Notes under the pieces: model-generated
Database searches by the model: none
Seen by the model: only the letters and a program-made list of their open reading frames with translations
What the model was told of the DNA's origin: nothing
IMG/VR virus record: IMGVR_UViG_3300028797_000148
Coordinates: 20,653-84,652 of that record
Source: a virus
Lineage: Duplodnaviria; Caudoviricetes
Strand: one strand, 5' to 3'
Length of the DNA: 64,000 nucleotides
Made by a program: the position numbers and the translations under genes
Part shown: one piece after another, positions 63,429 through 64,000 of the stretch
Numbering within the stretch: the stretch's first letter is position 1
How the letters are laid out: each line of letters opens with the position of its first letter

Positions 63429-64000
63429 ATGTTATTCCGTAATTTAAACACAAATGAAGAGGTTAATGTTTCAAACTTAACTCTTAAAAACGGTCGTATT
63501 TTCTTCAGCGTTCGAGGTGCGGGCTGTGGTAAAAAGTTCTTTAATCGTAACACCTGCCTCGTCCTCGACGAGCATGTGGATAACGGCACATATTTAAAGT
63601 GTGCCGAGGGCTGGGAAATGATAGCGGGCAAAAGAGGCCGCAAAGGTACACCAACACCCGAAACACCCGAACAGCCCGAAACACCAACACCAGCGGTCGA
63701 GGAGGCTGTGGATAACGTACCCGAAACACCCGTCGAGGAGGTGACCGAGGTTGCAACCGAAACACCAACACCCGAACAGCCAACAGCACAGCCCGAAACA
63801 GCAGGGCTCAATGATGCACTAACAGCCGCATTTGCACCGATTTTCGCAAATGTAGCCAAACAGATAGAGCAGAATATCCGTACAAAGGTGCAGGGCGAAA
63901 TCGACGCTTTAAAAGCGCAGGTTAAAACGCAGGTCACCCGCATGGAGGTTATTACCCCAAATGGCGAAAAGCATGAGGTCGACGGTGTTTTCTGGAGGAG
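63429..64000 (+). CDS. Partial gene (runs off the window); P/E/T-rich linker, possibly the N-terminus of a MoxR/dynein-related AAA ATPase
   Basis: Open frame MLFRNLNTNEEV...TPEQPETPTP...EVITPNGEKHEVDGVF; ATPase domain not visible in the window. Confidence 0.6.
   Translation, partial: MLFRNLNTNEEVNVSNLTLKNGRIFFSVRGAGCGKKFFNRNTCLVLDEHVDNGTYLKCAEGWEMIAGKRGRKGTPTPETPEQPETPTPAVEEAVDNVPETPVEEVTEVATETPTPEQPTAQPETAGLNDALTAAFAPIFANVAKQIEQNIRTKVQGEIDALKAQVKTQVTRMEVITPNGEKHEVDGVFWR

Noticed and set aside
63398-63943. Minus-strand ORFs 63398..63943 and 63541..63789
   Set aside because: Antisense to the uninterrupted + strand gene from 63429, which the track missed because it lacks a stop within the window
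1-64000. Stop-codon recoding (TAG to Gln) as in some gut phages
   Set aside because: TAG ends genes right before the next start (7726, 9319), long genes are uninterrupted in code 11, and there is no CUA-anticodon tRNA

Overview
Phage DNA throughout: part of a long-tailed (siphovirus-like) dsDNA phage in the standard genetic code. A Bacteroidota host is inferred from repeated TTTG-N19/20-TAnnTTTG promoters. Layout: (1) 164-11947 (+): early/accessory genes with a DNA methyltransferase, five tRNAs, a tmRNA, a DNA polymerase III beta clamp and a DUF1064-like nuclease. (2) 12060-34822 (-): terminase large subunit, portal, lysis genes (holin-like, amidase endolysin, unimolecular spanin-like), tail-tip/fibre genes, a complete diversity-generating retroelement (DGR; target-avd-TR-RT, with 15 of 15 TR/VR mismatches at template adenines) and an uncharacterised 6-gene operon. 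(3) 35043-48579 (+): scaffold, capsid, neck, tail tube, frameshifted chaperone, 2114-aa tape measure. (4) 48711-60806 (-): replication/modification genes (SSB-like, AEP primase-SF4 helicase, HNH, two more methyltransferases, a degenerate PLP-enzyme fold, DUF3127, MazG-like). (5) About 2.6 kb of AT-rich divergent control region with 25-bp palindromes, and DnaA-type boxes in the next, truncated gene. No integrase, DNA polymerase or CRISPR array was seen. The most novel hypothesis is a phage beta clamp paired with three methyltransferases carrying clamp-binding-like motifs (QLSLF, QLTLDF, QPDMF), which would couple methylation to replication; one of these genes has a G9 tract that could switch it on and off. 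All family assignments are from motif recognition by eye; no searches were run.
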